Below, piece by piece: positions 36,613 through 45,688 of a stretch of 63,804 nucleotides of DNA; the stretch's first letter is position 1, and each line of letters starts with the position of its first letter. The stretch comes from an uncultured Thermotogae bacterium (GTDB lineage: Bacteria > Bipolaricaulota > Bipolaricaulia > UBA7950 > UBA9294), in NCBI GenBank assembly GCA_964447445.1, contig CAYUSW010000007.1, positions 1 through 63,804 of the forward strand, given 5' to 3'. Both the position numbers and the translations under genes were made by a program. Below the pieces are notes generated by a model, which had not been told where the DNA came from, did not search any database, and was given only the letters and a program-made list of their open reading frames with translations.

Positions 36613-37525
36613 GCCACCCTCCCCGTTGCGCCGCTCCGACGAGCTCTGTCACGGATCCGATGCTGCGTTCGTCAAGCCACTCCTCGAGCTCCGTGGCCCA
36701 GCCGAACACGGCGGCCGGATCCACCATCAGCGCAAATCCCACTCCGACCAGGTTAGCGCCGGCGCAGAGCATCTCGACGACGGCGCGAACACAGTCCACG
36801 CCGCCTGTCCCGACGATGAACGTATCGGGGAACGCGCGCCGCACGCTGAATACGCTCGAGAGAGCTATCGGCAGGATCGCTGGCCCACACAGCCCGCCGC
36901 ACTCGCGCGCCATGTACGGCCGGCCTGTCTCGACGTGAATGCGCATGCTGCGGACTGCGTTGATCAGCGTCAGTCCATCCGCGCCGGCCGCGATCGCAGC
37001 GTCCGCCAATTCGATCAGCGCGTTGCTGCTCGGCAGCTTGACGAGGAGCGGCCGCGTCGACACGTCGCGCGTCGCTCGAACAAGAGCCCCGACCTGCTCA
37101 GGCCGGTTGGCCAGCATCTCTCCGCTCACGTTAGGGCACGACAGGTTCAGTTCCAGCCAGTCGATGCCCGCGTCTTCCTGCAATGCTCGGGCCATGGTTG
37201 CTGTCTCATCCGGGGAACCGCCCGCGAGGCTCACGATCCGCGCCGTCGGGAGTGACCGAATCTGTGGAAGGACGTTACTCCGGAACGCCTCCAGCCCGGG
37301 GTTCTCGAGCCCGACCGAATTGATCGCTCCCGCCGGCGCGTCCACGATTCGAGGCTGGGGGTTTCCATCTCGAGGCTCGAACGTGACGGTCTTTGTGGTG
37401 AGGGCCCCGATCCCGCGGAAGTCAAGAGAGCGCGCGAGCTCGATCCCGAATCCGGCGGGACCCGAGGCGAGGACGATCGGCGTGCGGAACGTCCCCTTCT
37501 CGTGGGTGACGCCTATCCGAGCCAA
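36602..37525 (-). CDS. pyrD: Dihydroorotate dehydrogenase 1B, catalytic subunit
   Basis: TTG at 37525, 4 nt after GGAGG, gives (M)ARIGVTHEKGTFRTPIVLASGPAGFG. It also has NSVGLENPG, ELNLSCPN and VGTGGV. The longer track ORF (to 37738) would overlap pyrK by more than 200 nt. Confidence 0.85.
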   Translation of the reverse strand: MARIGVTHEKGTFRTPIVLASGPAGFGIELARSLDFRGIGALTTKTVTFEPRDGNPQPRIVDAPAGAINSVGLENPGLEAFRSNVLPQIRSLPTARIVSLAGGSPDETATMARALQEDAGIDWLELNLSCPNVSGEMLANRPEQVGALVRATRDVSTRPLLVKLPSSNALIELADAAIAAGADGLTLINAVRSMRIHVETGRPYMARECGGLCGPAILPIALSSVFSVRRAFPDTFIVGTGGVDCVRAVVEMLCAGANLVGVGFALMVDPAAVFGWATELEEWLDERSIGSVTELVGAAQRGGWRVS

Positions 37526-38283
37526 GGCACCTCCGAACAGGCGAACAGGGGACCATCCACGCAGACGCGCCGCATTCCGGCGGGGGTCGGGATGCTGCAG
37601 CCCCGGCAGGCACCAAACCCGCAACCGAGGCGGACTTCCAGCGAGACGAACGCCGAAGGGTCCTCCCGGTGACGGCGAGCGACAGCCGCGAGCAGCGGCT
37701 CCGGGCCGCAGGCAATGATGCCGAGGCCTGTGTGCCACGAGCCCGTGAGCCGGCCGTCGGCGGTCTCGCCGTTCTCGTCTTCCACGGCGACGTCGATGCC
37801 AGGCAAGAGGGGGCGGACGCCGCCGGACCGGAACCCGAGAGCCAAGGCCGCAACGGAGTCCGGGTACCTCTCCGCAAAGTGGAGCAGCGGAGCTACGCCG
37901 GATCCGCCCCCCACCAAGACGTAGCGGCGGCCGCGATCGATCCGCTCGGCATACGGGACGCCGTACGGGCCGCGCACCTCAAGGGTAGCGTCTCGAGGAG
38001 CCTTCGCCATGGCTCCCCGCAAGATGCCGTCGCTCTTGATGAACACGTCGACCCACCCGTCGCCGGCGGCCAGAGCGGAGATAGCACGCGGCAGCGCCGG
38101 TCCCCAAGGGAATCGGACCATGACGAATTGCCCGGGCGCGGGCGTTGGAAACCCGCGGTCGACCGCTACGCGCAGTCGCCCGTACCCGCCCCCCTCTCGC
38201 GTTTCAACGATCCTCCCTGGCCAGAGACGGAAAGACGGCCCGCCGTGGGCCGTCCCGGTGCACTTCGAAGTTCCGACCTCCAC
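37513..38283 (-). CDS. pyrK: Dihydroorotate dehydrogenase 1B, electron-transfer (FAD/2Fe-2S) subunit
   Basis: GTG at 38283, 9 nt after AGGAGG, gives 256 aa. It has PGQFVMVRF, LVGGGSGVAPL and the C-terminal CGFGACRGC...CVDGP cluster. Confidence 0.85.
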   Translation of the reverse strand: MEVGTSKCTGTAHGGPSFRLWPGRIVETREGGGYGRLRVAVDRGFPTPAPGQFVMVRFPWGPALPRAISALAAGDGWVDVFIKSDGILRGAMAKAPRDATLEVRGPYGVPYAERIDRGRRYVLVGGGSGVAPLLHFAERYPDSVAALALGFRSGGVRPLLPGIDVAVEDENGETADGRLTGSWHTGLGIIACGPEPLLAAVARRHREDPSAFVSLEVRLGCGFGACRGCSIPTPAGMRRVCVDGPLFACSEVPWLG

Positions 38284-38531
38284 CCGAGTCCCCCTCCTGA
38301 TCCCCGGGGCGAGATAGTACGCGCTTGTGGGTCGGCCATGCAAAGACCCGGCGGGCGCGACCTCAATCAGAGCGTCGGCGTTCTCCAACGTACACGGCGA
38401 CGCCGATAGCGCCGAGGAAGAGCCCTCCGACGCAGACGAAGTAGGTGAGAATGCTCAACCACAGCGGCGACGGGATCATTCGTAGCACCATCGCGAAGGA
38501 CAACCCGCACGCGAGGAGCAGGAGGAGCAGG

Positions 38532-39623
38532 CTAGTCAGCAGGATGGCGCGTGGGCTCCGCAGGGCCCCCTCCTTCGCGGAACAACCAACACTCGACGCG
38601 ATGCCCCTTCACGGGCTCGAACGTCGGCGGTTCGTCTTGGTCGCACAACCCTGCGATCATGTGCTTGCAGCGAGGATGGAAGCGGCATCCGGACGGCGGA
38701 TGAGCCAGACTCGGCGGCTCTCCCGGTGGAACCTCCCTGAGGACGTGCGCATTCTCCGGGTCCGGGTCGGAAATCGCGGCAAGGAGCGCGTTCGTGTACG
38801 GATGGAGAGAGTGGCCGATCAGTTCGCGGACCTCCGCCTTCTCCACAATCCTTGCCGCGTACATGACGAACACGTACTCGGAGAAGTACCGCACCGTCGA
38901 CAGGTCGTGTGTGATATAGATAACGCCGAGGTTGTGCGTTTCCTGAACGCGTCGGAGCAGCTGCAGAATCTCGACGCGTACCGATGCGTCGAGCATCGAG
39001 ACGGGCTCGTCCGCGACGACGAGCTTGGGCTCAAGCACGATCGCCCTGGCGATCACGAGTCGCTGCTGTTGCCCCCCGCTCAGCATGTGAGGGTGCTTGT
39101 CGAGGAAGTCGTCCTGCGGGGTGAGCCGAACCTCCTCCATCACAGCCCGTACCCTGGCGAGCTGGTCCCTCCGCGGCACTTTGTGAATCGCCAGGGGCTC
39201 GCGCAAGATTCGCTCGACGGTCATGAACGGCGGGAGCGCCCCGTACGGATCCTGCTGGATGAAACCGACGTTAGCTCGCAGCCAATCGAGTGCCTTCCGG
39301 TTGCGCCCGTCCAGCCGCTCGCCTGCCAGAACGAGTTCGCCCTTTGTGGGGGGTACGAGCCCGAGAATCGTCTTGGCTAGGGTCGTCTTGCCCGACCCGC
39401 TCTCACCGACAATCGTGATTGCCTCTCCGCGCTTGAGGTCGAACGTCACGCCGTCCAGCGCCCTCACATGTCCGGAGAGGAAGAAGCCCCACTTGCGAAG
39501 CTCGTACCAGGTGCGCAGGTCGCGCACGGACAGAAGTGCGTTCTCCGCCGTCCGCCCTCGTCTTGTGCGAAGGTCGTTCCACGTACGGAAGCTACTCCCA
39601 GGAACTCGCTTCTGTTCTGTCAT
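38532..39623 (-). CDS. Opp/Dpp-type ABC transporter ATP-binding protein (OppF-like)
   Basis: Start is the ATG at 39623. Walker A GESGSGKTT, signature LSGGQQQRLVIARA, and a C-terminal CRFHPRC oligopeptide-type extension. Confidence 0.85.
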   Translation of the reverse strand: MTEQKRVPGSSFRTWNDLRTRRGRTAENALLSVRDLRTWYELRKWGFFLSGHVRALDGVTFDLKRGEAITIVGESGSGKTTLAKTILGLVPPTKGELVLAGERLDGRNRKALDWLRANVGFIQQDPYGALPPFMTVERILREPLAIHKVPRRDQLARVRAVMEEVRLTPQDDFLDKHPHMLSGGQQQRLVIARAIVLEPKLVVADEPVSMLDASVRVEILQLLRRVQETHNLGVIYITHDLSTVRYFSEYVFVMYAARIVEKAEVRELIGHSLHPYTNALLAAISDPDPENAHVLREVPPGEPPSLAHPPSGCRFHPRCKHMIAGLCDQDEPPTFEPVKGHRVECWLFREGGGPAEPTRHPAD

Positions 39624-39634
39624 GTTCCCCCACT

Positions 39635-40600
39635 TCACGCGTGCAACCAGCACTTGACCCAGCGGTCGCTGCCCACGTCCCGCAACTCCGGCTCCTGCTC
39701 GCACCGGTCGAACCGGGAAGGACAGCGCTCGGCGAAACGACAGGTCTTCGGCGGGTCCAGCAGACTCGGCGGCCTGCCCGGAATGAATCCGAGCTCCTTG
39801 TCTTCACGCAGCGTTGGGACGCTCGCCATGAGCCCGCTCGAGTACGGGTGCAGCGGCTCGCGGAAGAAGTGGCGGGCATCGGAGAGCTCGACGAGTTGGC
39901 CGGCATACATCACGGCCGCCCGATCGGCCAGCTCGCTCGACGTTGCGATATCGTGGGTGATGAGGATGAAGGTGACGCCGAGGTCACGCTTGATGCCCTT
40001 GAGGACGTTCATGATGTTCGACTGCGTCAGCACGTCGAGCGCGCTTGTCGGCTCGTCGAGGAACACGATGTCGGGTCTGGTCACGAGCGCCATTGCGAGG
40101 ACTGCGCGTTGGCGCATCCCGCCGGACAGCTCGAACGGGTAACGATCGAGGAAGTCCTTCGATACCCCAACGAGCCGAAACACCTCTTGAGCCTGAAGCA
40201 GCGCCTTCTTCTTGTTGGGCACGATGCGGTGGACGCGCAGCGGCTCGGAAACCTGGTCCCCCACCTTGATGACGGGGTTGAGAGAGTTCATCGCTGCTTG
40301 CGACACAAGGGACATTTTCAGCCACCGCACTTGTTGGCGGAACTGCTCTTCTCCCAGCGCCATGACATTCGTGCCGTTGAGCCAGACCTTGCCTTCGAAC
40401 GCATGAACGTTTCGAGGAAGGAGGCGCAGGATCGCCCTCGCGAGCGTGCTCTTGCCGCAGCCGGACTCCCCGACAACGACCGTCGCCGGACCCCGTTCCA
40501 AGGCGAAGCTCACCCCATCCACGGCCTGCACGGGCCCCCTCATGGTTCGGAAGTGAAGCTTCAAGTCTTCGACCCGAAGCACGTCGTCCCTGCTCGTCAT
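39635..40600 (-). CDS. Opp/Dpp-type ABC transporter ATP-binding protein (OppD-like)
   Basis: Walker A GESGCGKST, signature LSGGMRQRAVLAMA, C-terminal CRFAERC. Confidence 0.85.
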   Translation of the reverse strand: MTSRDDVLRVEDLKLHFRTMRGPVQAVDGVSFALERGPATVVVGESGCGKSTLARAILRLLPRNVHAFEGKVWLNGTNVMALGEEQFRQQVRWLKMSLVSQAAMNSLNPVIKVGDQVSEPLRVHRIVPNKKKALLQAQEVFRLVGVSKDFLDRYPFELSGGMRQRAVLAMALVTRPDIVFLDEPTSALDVLTQSNIMNVLKGIKRDLGVTFILITHDIATSSELADRAAVMYAGQLVELSDARHFFREPLHPYSSGLMASVPTLREDKELGFIPGRPPSLLDPPKTCRFAERCPSRFDRCEQEPELRDVGSDRWVKCWLHA

Positions 40601-40601
40601 A

Positions 40602-41957
40602 TCACATCGTCCTCAGCCTAGGGTTGAAGATCCGGTCCAGGGCAAACCCCACAAGGGCGAACCCGAAGCCCGTGACCATGAGCAGCACGGCCGGCTCCAA
40701 GACCCAGTAGTAGTAGCCCTTGTAGAGGGCATCGGCTGCTCGCGCATCGTAGATCAGCTTCCCCCAGGTCGGGAGCACCGGGTCCCCGAGGCCGAGAACG
40801 GCCAGCGAGGCCTCCAAGAACACGAACACCGGGACGACCAGCACGAACGTGGGCAAGAGCACCGGCACGATCCGCGGCAGCAAGTAACGGAAGATGATCC
40901 GTCCGTTGCTCGCGCCGTAGGCTCTGGCTGCTTCGATGTACGGCGCCTCCTTGGCCTGAAGGAACATGGCCCGATACGTGAGGTAGGCCCCGCTGAAGAT
41001 GCTGAGCAGGATGACGATTCCCATGATGACCCACAGACTCCGCCCGAAGAAGTGCCCGACCATGATCAGGAGCGGCAGGAGGGGGATGAGCAGAGTCAGC
41101 ATGGTGAGTCGCTGGAACAGCCCATCCAGACGCCCGCCGAACCACGTTCCGATGCCCGCGAGCACGAACGTCGCGGTGTTCGCCCCGACGGCGGCGGCAA
41201 GGCCGAACAATAGGGCGAGGGGAGTGCCCCAGAGAAGGGCGATCATGATGTCGCGGCGGAGGTTGTCCGTGCCGGCGAGCCCGTACGCTTGCCCGAACAC
41301 GACGAGCCTCGACTCAAATGCGGCGGTCTCGGGGATCTCCGCCTCCACGACCAGCTTGTATTCGCCCCGGCGGGGACTCCACTCGGCCGCTGGAGCTGTT
41401 GCTGCGGAATCGATGAACAACCCCTTCTCCGGAGCCGCCGTGTAGGGCATCCGGTCGCGAAGCTGATTGTCGAGGGACATGTAGTAGATGTCGCTCGCTC
41501 GCATGCCACGGCCGGAGACGATGGGGCTCGTCGATCCATCGGGCTTCACCCACGTCACGGAGAACTTGGTCCGCGAGCCTTCGTAGGTCGCAGCAGAAAA
41601 GAGCGACAGCTCCGTCGGGAACGTGGTGTACGGGAAGTCAAACGCCAAGGTGTGCCGGACGCGCACCTTCCCGTCGCCGAGCGGTTCAACGGTCCGGGTG
41701 CCGTCGGTGCGAGAGTCGACCGAGATCGTCCTTGCGAGCCGCTCGCTCGTGAACCAGTCGAACCACACGGGCACCGCGTTCCGCGGCGTCTCATCCCACA
41801 CGCCGGGGCCTCCCCGCCAGAGACGGATGGCCTCGCCGTAAGGGATGGCGATCATGGCGTACATCGACACGACCACCAATAGGCCGATGATGGCCAGCCC
41901 AACAATGGCCGAAGGGTACCGACGCAACTCCTTCAGACCGCGCAGGAAGCTGCTCAT
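40602..41957 (-). CDS. Opp/Dpp-type ABC transporter permease (OppC-like, with a long extracytoplasmic loop)
   Basis: The N-terminal TM is followed by a loop of about 200 aa, then a permease core with the EAA-like motif EAARAYGASNGRIIFRYLLP. Confidence 0.8.
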   Translation of the reverse strand: MSSFLRGLKELRRYPSAIVGLAIIGLLVVVSMYAMIAIPYGEAIRLWRGGPGVWDETPRNAVPVWFDWFTSERLARTISVDSRTDGTRTVEPLGDGKVRVRHTLAFDFPYTTFPTELSLFSAATYEGSRTKFSVTWVKPDGSTSPIVSGRGMRASDIYYMSLDNQLRDRMPYTAAPEKGLFIDSAATAPAAEWSPRRGEYKLVVEAEIPETAAFESRLVVFGQAYGLAGTDNLRRDIMIALLWGTPLALLFGLAAAVGANTATFVLAGIGTWFGGRLDGLFQRLTMLTLLIPLLPLLIMVGHFFGRSLWVIMGIVILLSIFSGAYLTYRAMFLQAKEAPYIEAARAYGASNGRIIFRYLLPRIVPVLLPTFVLVVPVFVFLEASLAVLGLGDPVLPTWGKLIYDARAADALYKGYYYWVLEPAVLLMVTGFGFALVGFALDRIFNPRLRTM

Positions 41958-41961
41958 GGGT

Positions 41962-43077
41962 TCATCGCCTCCCCCCACCAACCCGGACGCGCGGATCCAC
42001 CACGGCGTAGATGAGTTCCAGGAGGAGCAGAGTCCCCGCCAGCAAATACCCGTAGATCACGAGCGTACCGAGGATGACCGGCGTGTCGTTGAAGTTCACG
42101 GCGACCAGGAACTGGCGCCCGAGTCCCGGCCAGTTGAACACCGTCTCAAGGATGATCTGCCCCTGCCACGTCGTGATCAGCAGGAGCATCAAGCTGGTGA
42201 TAATGGTCGGAAGCGTCGGCCGCAGGATGTAACGGCGCTGGATCTCTCGGCGCGACAGGCCTTTGGCCTTGGCCAGTTCGACGTAGTCTTCGCTTGAGTA
42301 GATGAGGAAGAACGTCCGCCACCTGTAGATGTTGGCAAAGACCGCCCCGAGCGTGATCGCGAGAATCGGGAGGATCATGTGCTGCAGCACACTCACGGCG
42401 TACACGAGCGGTTCCTTCGGCGGTGGGACCTTGACGAGTCCGCCCCACGGAAGGACGCGCAGCACCGCGGCAAAGATGAGAATCATGAAGATGCCGTAGA
42501 ACCACCCCGGGGCGGACGACAGCGGAGCAAGGCCGACCAGGGTCTTGTCGATCACGCTGCCGTAGCGGCGTGAGAGGTACAACGCAACCTGAATCGCGAG
42601 GAAGAACAAGAGCAGACTGGACGTCGTGAACAGGAGAAGCGTTGCCGGGAGTCGTTCCGCCAAGATCTGGCGTACCTCGCGCGAACCCGTGTCGCTGGTC
42701 ATCTGCTCTGCGATTCCCAAGCGAAGTGACAACGCGGTGAACAGGTAATCTAGGCTGCGCCACGGAAAGAACGGGCGATCCAGTCCCAAGCGGCGAAACT
42801 CGATCTCGGCGGTCTCGTCGACCATCTCTCTGAGCACCGTGGCGGGGATTCCTCGGTTCGCCGGGTCGAGGAAGATCGCGGACCCAACGTTGGAGCGGAT
42901 CTCGCCCTTCCGCACTTCGTCCAACGCGCCGCCCATGTTGGCGATCAGGACGATGAGGTAACAGCCGATGACCACAGTGATGCCGAGCACCACGGACTTC
43001 ACCAACAGATAGCGGCCGATCGTCAGTAGGGTCTTCAAGGCGGCGCTCCTCCTCTCAGAGGCGGCTTCACCCTCCAC
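41962..43077 (-). CDS. Opp/Dpp-type ABC transporter permease (OppB-like)
   Basis: Six hydrophobic segments and the motif ELAKAKGLSRREIQRRYILRP (EAA loop). Confidence 0.8.
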   Translation of the reverse strand: MEGEAASERRSAALKTLLTIGRYLLVKSVVLGITVVIGCYLIVLIANMGGALDEVRKGEIRSNVGSAIFLDPANRGIPATVLREMVDETAEIEFRRLGLDRPFFPWRSLDYLFTALSLRLGIAEQMTSDTGSREVRQILAERLPATLLLFTTSSLLLFFLAIQVALYLSRRYGSVIDKTLVGLAPLSSAPGWFYGIFMILIFAAVLRVLPWGGLVKVPPPKEPLVYAVSVLQHMILPILAITLGAVFANIYRWRTFFLIYSSEDYVELAKAKGLSRREIQRRYILRPTLPTIITSLMLLLITTWQGQIILETVFNWPGLGRQFLVAVNFNDTPVILGTLVIYGYLLAGTLLLLELIYAVVDPRVRVGGGRR

Positions 43078-43096
43078 TCGGAGCGGAACCTAAGAT

Positions 43097-43129
43097 GGGG
43101 CTGCTGCCGCTATGCGCCGCAGCAGCCCC
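43097..43129 (-). terminator. Intercistronic stem-loop between binding-protein and permease genes
   Basis: An 11-bp perfect stem, ggggctgctgc (43097-43107) pairing with gcagcagcccc (43119-43129). On the minus strand it is followed by AUCUUAGGUU. Confidence 0.45.
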
Positions 43130-43158
43130 TTCGTCCACATACTCCAGCCTGCCGCCTC

Positions 43159-45342
43159 CTACTGCAGCGGGTTGAGCAGGAACATGAACTGCTCAGACGG
43201 GAGCTGATAGTCCGCGAACCGCTTCAGGACGACAACCTTCTCGATGGGATAGGCCTTCTCGAGGTAGTACGGACCGCTGCCGACCCAGAAGTGGCCCATC
43301 TTCGCGTAGAAGTTCTCGAGCAGCGTCCAGCGAGCCACCGCTTCCGACAGCGGCAGGAACTCCGCCATCGTGGGCTCGTACGGCCGGTATCCCGTGCTCA
43401 GACACTGAAGCATCATGTCGCGCAGGATGTCGAGCGAAGGCCCGGAAATGTAGCTGGCCCAAGGTACGCCAAGCTTTCCTGCCTTCGTGGTTCCGAACGT
43501 CAGCAGCCGCTGCTCCTCTGCCAGGATCCCGAGGGTAACCGTATGCCAGAAGCCCGGGCCCTGCGAGTAGTAGGGGAAGATCGCCGAACCGGCCACGACG
43601 CCGCCATTCACAGCTTGAAGCTCGGCGTCGAGTTGGTACGAGTCGGAGTAGTACTCAATGATGAGCGGATCCCGCTGCGTGATCCGGTAGCCCTTAAAGA
43701 TCTGCATGAAACTGCGATACGCGGGAACGGCCGCCTCGTCATAGATCTTGCTCTCCGGCTTCGCTCGATCACTCTGAACGATCATCGCCAGCACGATGTC
43801 GGCGATCGAAACCGTGGTTCCGTCATGGAGCTTCGTCTCGTAGAAGTCCGCCGGGTAGTAGACAACCGTCTTCACCTTGGCCGTCGTCCCATCCGGGAAC
43901 TTCTCGCCGATCGTGATCCACTTCTGCGTCGTGGCGTTGAAGTCGTACCACGCGTCCGCCGGAACCGTGATCTGGTCGGCGAACGTCAGCTTGCACCACG
44001 TGTGGCGAGGATCCGATGAGATCGGGAGACCCCTGAGAGCGGTCACCTCGGCACGCTCGAAGTGCAGCGGCCAGAGGAGTCCGTCGCGGGTGTCGCGCAC
44101 GAACGCCTGCTCTCCCGTTGCGCGAATCGGGAACATGTCGTAGACCCAGTTCGACCCGGCAATCGGGTTCCACGGGTTGCTCAACATGCTGTTCACGAGC
44201 GCGCGGAACGTCCCACCTTCCTGACGCGTGCCATCGGCGTTCTCGAAGTGAGCCGTCCAGCCCCACGCCTGCGAGCCGTAGATGCCGCCCGCGACGTCGG
44301 CGGCCACTCTGAAGTTCTTGACGTACGGGGAGAATGCCGTGCGGTCGACGAGCCAGACGCGGTGCGACTCCTTCATCGCGAGCGACAGCGCCTGCTCGAA
44401 CAGCTCCTCACGCTCGGCCATGCTATCGAAAGCGTTGTTCCAAAGCGCATCGGCCACAGTGAAGAACGCGGGGTCGTTCTCGTACGCCTGCCACAGCGGC
44501 TCGCTCCGGCCGACCTTCGTGTAGTAGTACGAGAAGTTCGTCCCTTGGTCACGCGCGATGGCGGTCGTGACCCAGCCGCCCGTGTACAGATTGAAGAGCC
44601 CCAACGCCGGATCGGAGTTCATCCAGATCGGCGAGGACTCGGCTCCGGTCCTGTACAGGCGCGTGATCTCGAACCCGAGGTCCTCGAGCAACCCGGCAAT
44701 GTAGTCGCCCATCTGCCGTCGCTCGTCCTCAACACGAATGAGGAAGATCAAATTGACGGGCTGGCCGTTGAACGTCCACTTCCCGTTGGCCTTGACCGCA
44801 CCGAGCTTGGGCATCTCCTCGTCGAAGATCGCTGCCGCTTTCGCCGGATCGTGGGCGTACTCATCCTCGATGGCTTCGACCATGTCCGGATAGCGGACTT
44901 GTGCATCCGCGAACGGTCCAAGAGTCGTGTACTTCGGAATGGCCAGACCTCCCATGATCTCGTTCGCGATGTAGTCGCGATCGCATAGGTAGTTCATGGC
45001 CTCCCGGATCCGGGGCACGGAGAACGGGTTGAGCGCTCCGGTCCCGGGGAAGGTCGGGCCCACGGGGTTCATCGTCAGTTCGCTCATCGAGCCGACGTTT
45101 CGGACGTACCCGAGGTCCGGATTCTCGCGGACCTGAGCAAACAGCCTGGCATCTGTGAGAGCGAAGATGAAAGCGTCCGCATCGCCTGCGGCGACGCGCG
45201 CCACGCCAGCTCCCAAATTGTTCTCCTGCGAGATGACCACCTCGTCAAACCAGGCGCCTGTGCGGGCAATGCCGCCAAGCGCCACGGTCAGCACGAGGAG
45301 GAACATGCCGACCAACTTCTGCCAACTCCGCCGCTGCACCAT
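43159..45342 (-). CDS. ABC transporter substrate-binding protein, family 5 (peptide/nickel type), unusually long
   Basis: ATG at 45342, 10 nt after GGGAGG. Signal or anchor WQKLVGMFLLVLTVALGG. 727 aa. The family-5 assignment rests on its position directly upstream of OppBCDF-type genes, its periplasmic-binding-protein-like composition, and family-5-like blocks that I judged by eye only. Confidence 0.75.
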   Translation of the reverse strand: MVQRRSWQKLVGMFLLVLTVALGGIARTGAWFDEVVISQENNLGAGVARVAAGDADAFIFALTDARLFAQVRENPDLGYVRNVGSMSELTMNPVGPTFPGTGALNPFSVPRIREAMNYLCDRDYIANEIMGGLAIPKYTTLGPFADAQVRYPDMVEAIEDEYAHDPAKAAAIFDEEMPKLGAVKANGKWTFNGQPVNLIFLIRVEDERRQMGDYIAGLLEDLGFEITRLYRTGAESSPIWMNSDPALGLFNLYTGGWVTTAIARDQGTNFSYYYTKVGRSEPLWQAYENDPAFFTVADALWNNAFDSMAEREELFEQALSLAMKESHRVWLVDRTAFSPYVKNFRVAADVAGGIYGSQAWGWTAHFENADGTRQEGGTFRALVNSMLSNPWNPIAGSNWVYDMFPIRATGEQAFVRDTRDGLLWPLHFERAEVTALRGLPISSDPRHTWCKLTFADQITVPADAWYDFNATTQKWITIGEKFPDGTTAKVKTVVYYPADFYETKLHDGTTVSIADIVLAMIVQSDRAKPESKIYDEAAVPAYRSFMQIFKGYRITQRDPLIIEYYSDSYQLDAELQAVNGGVVAGSAIFPYYSQGPGFWHTVTLGILAEEQRLLTFGTTKAGKLGVPWASYISGPSLDILRDMMLQCLSTGYRPYEPTMAEFLPLSEAVARWTLLENFYAKMGHFWVGSGPYYLEKAYPIEKVVVLKRFADYQLPSEQFMFLLNPLQ

Positions 45343-45487
45343 CTCCAAGACACCTCCCTGAGCTCGGTTCCTCACGGGACCAGCAGCCAAGCTCCTGAAT
45401 CCCTGACGACGCGACATCATGGACGGTCTGTAGCATCCGAACTCCTACTTCCCGCCCTGTGCGACTCTAGTGGAGAGCGCGAGTCGC

Positions 45488-45516
45488 AGTCTAGCATGCG
45501 TCGGCGATCCTGACAA
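45488..45516 (-). promoter_or_regulatory. Candidate promoter of the Opp/Dpp-type operon
   Basis: On the minus strand, TTGTCA (45516-45511), an exact 17-nt spacer ending in TGC, then TAGACT (45493-45488). A GCGACTC/GAGTCGC hairpin follows immediately. Confidence 0.4.
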
Positions 45517-45688
45517 CGGGTTCGCGAGGGCCTGCCTCCCTAAGGCGACACGGCATACCGAACGAGGACAGGAGAGGCGACGGCGGGGCAAGCCTGAGCG
45601 ATCAGATCGGGATGGTGCCACACGAACAGAGCCCTTGACGTGGACGAGCCGCCTCGAGAGGAGGATCGCAGGCGCTGCCTAGCTCGGA

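Noticed and set aside
37526-37738. Long N-terminal extension of the pyrD track ORF, and 38284-38388 for pyrK
   Set aside because: The extensions are Arg/Pro-rich and overlap the upstream gene by more than 200 nt. Internal TTG (37525) and GTG (38283) starts have Shine-Dalgarno sequences and give canonical protein lengths.
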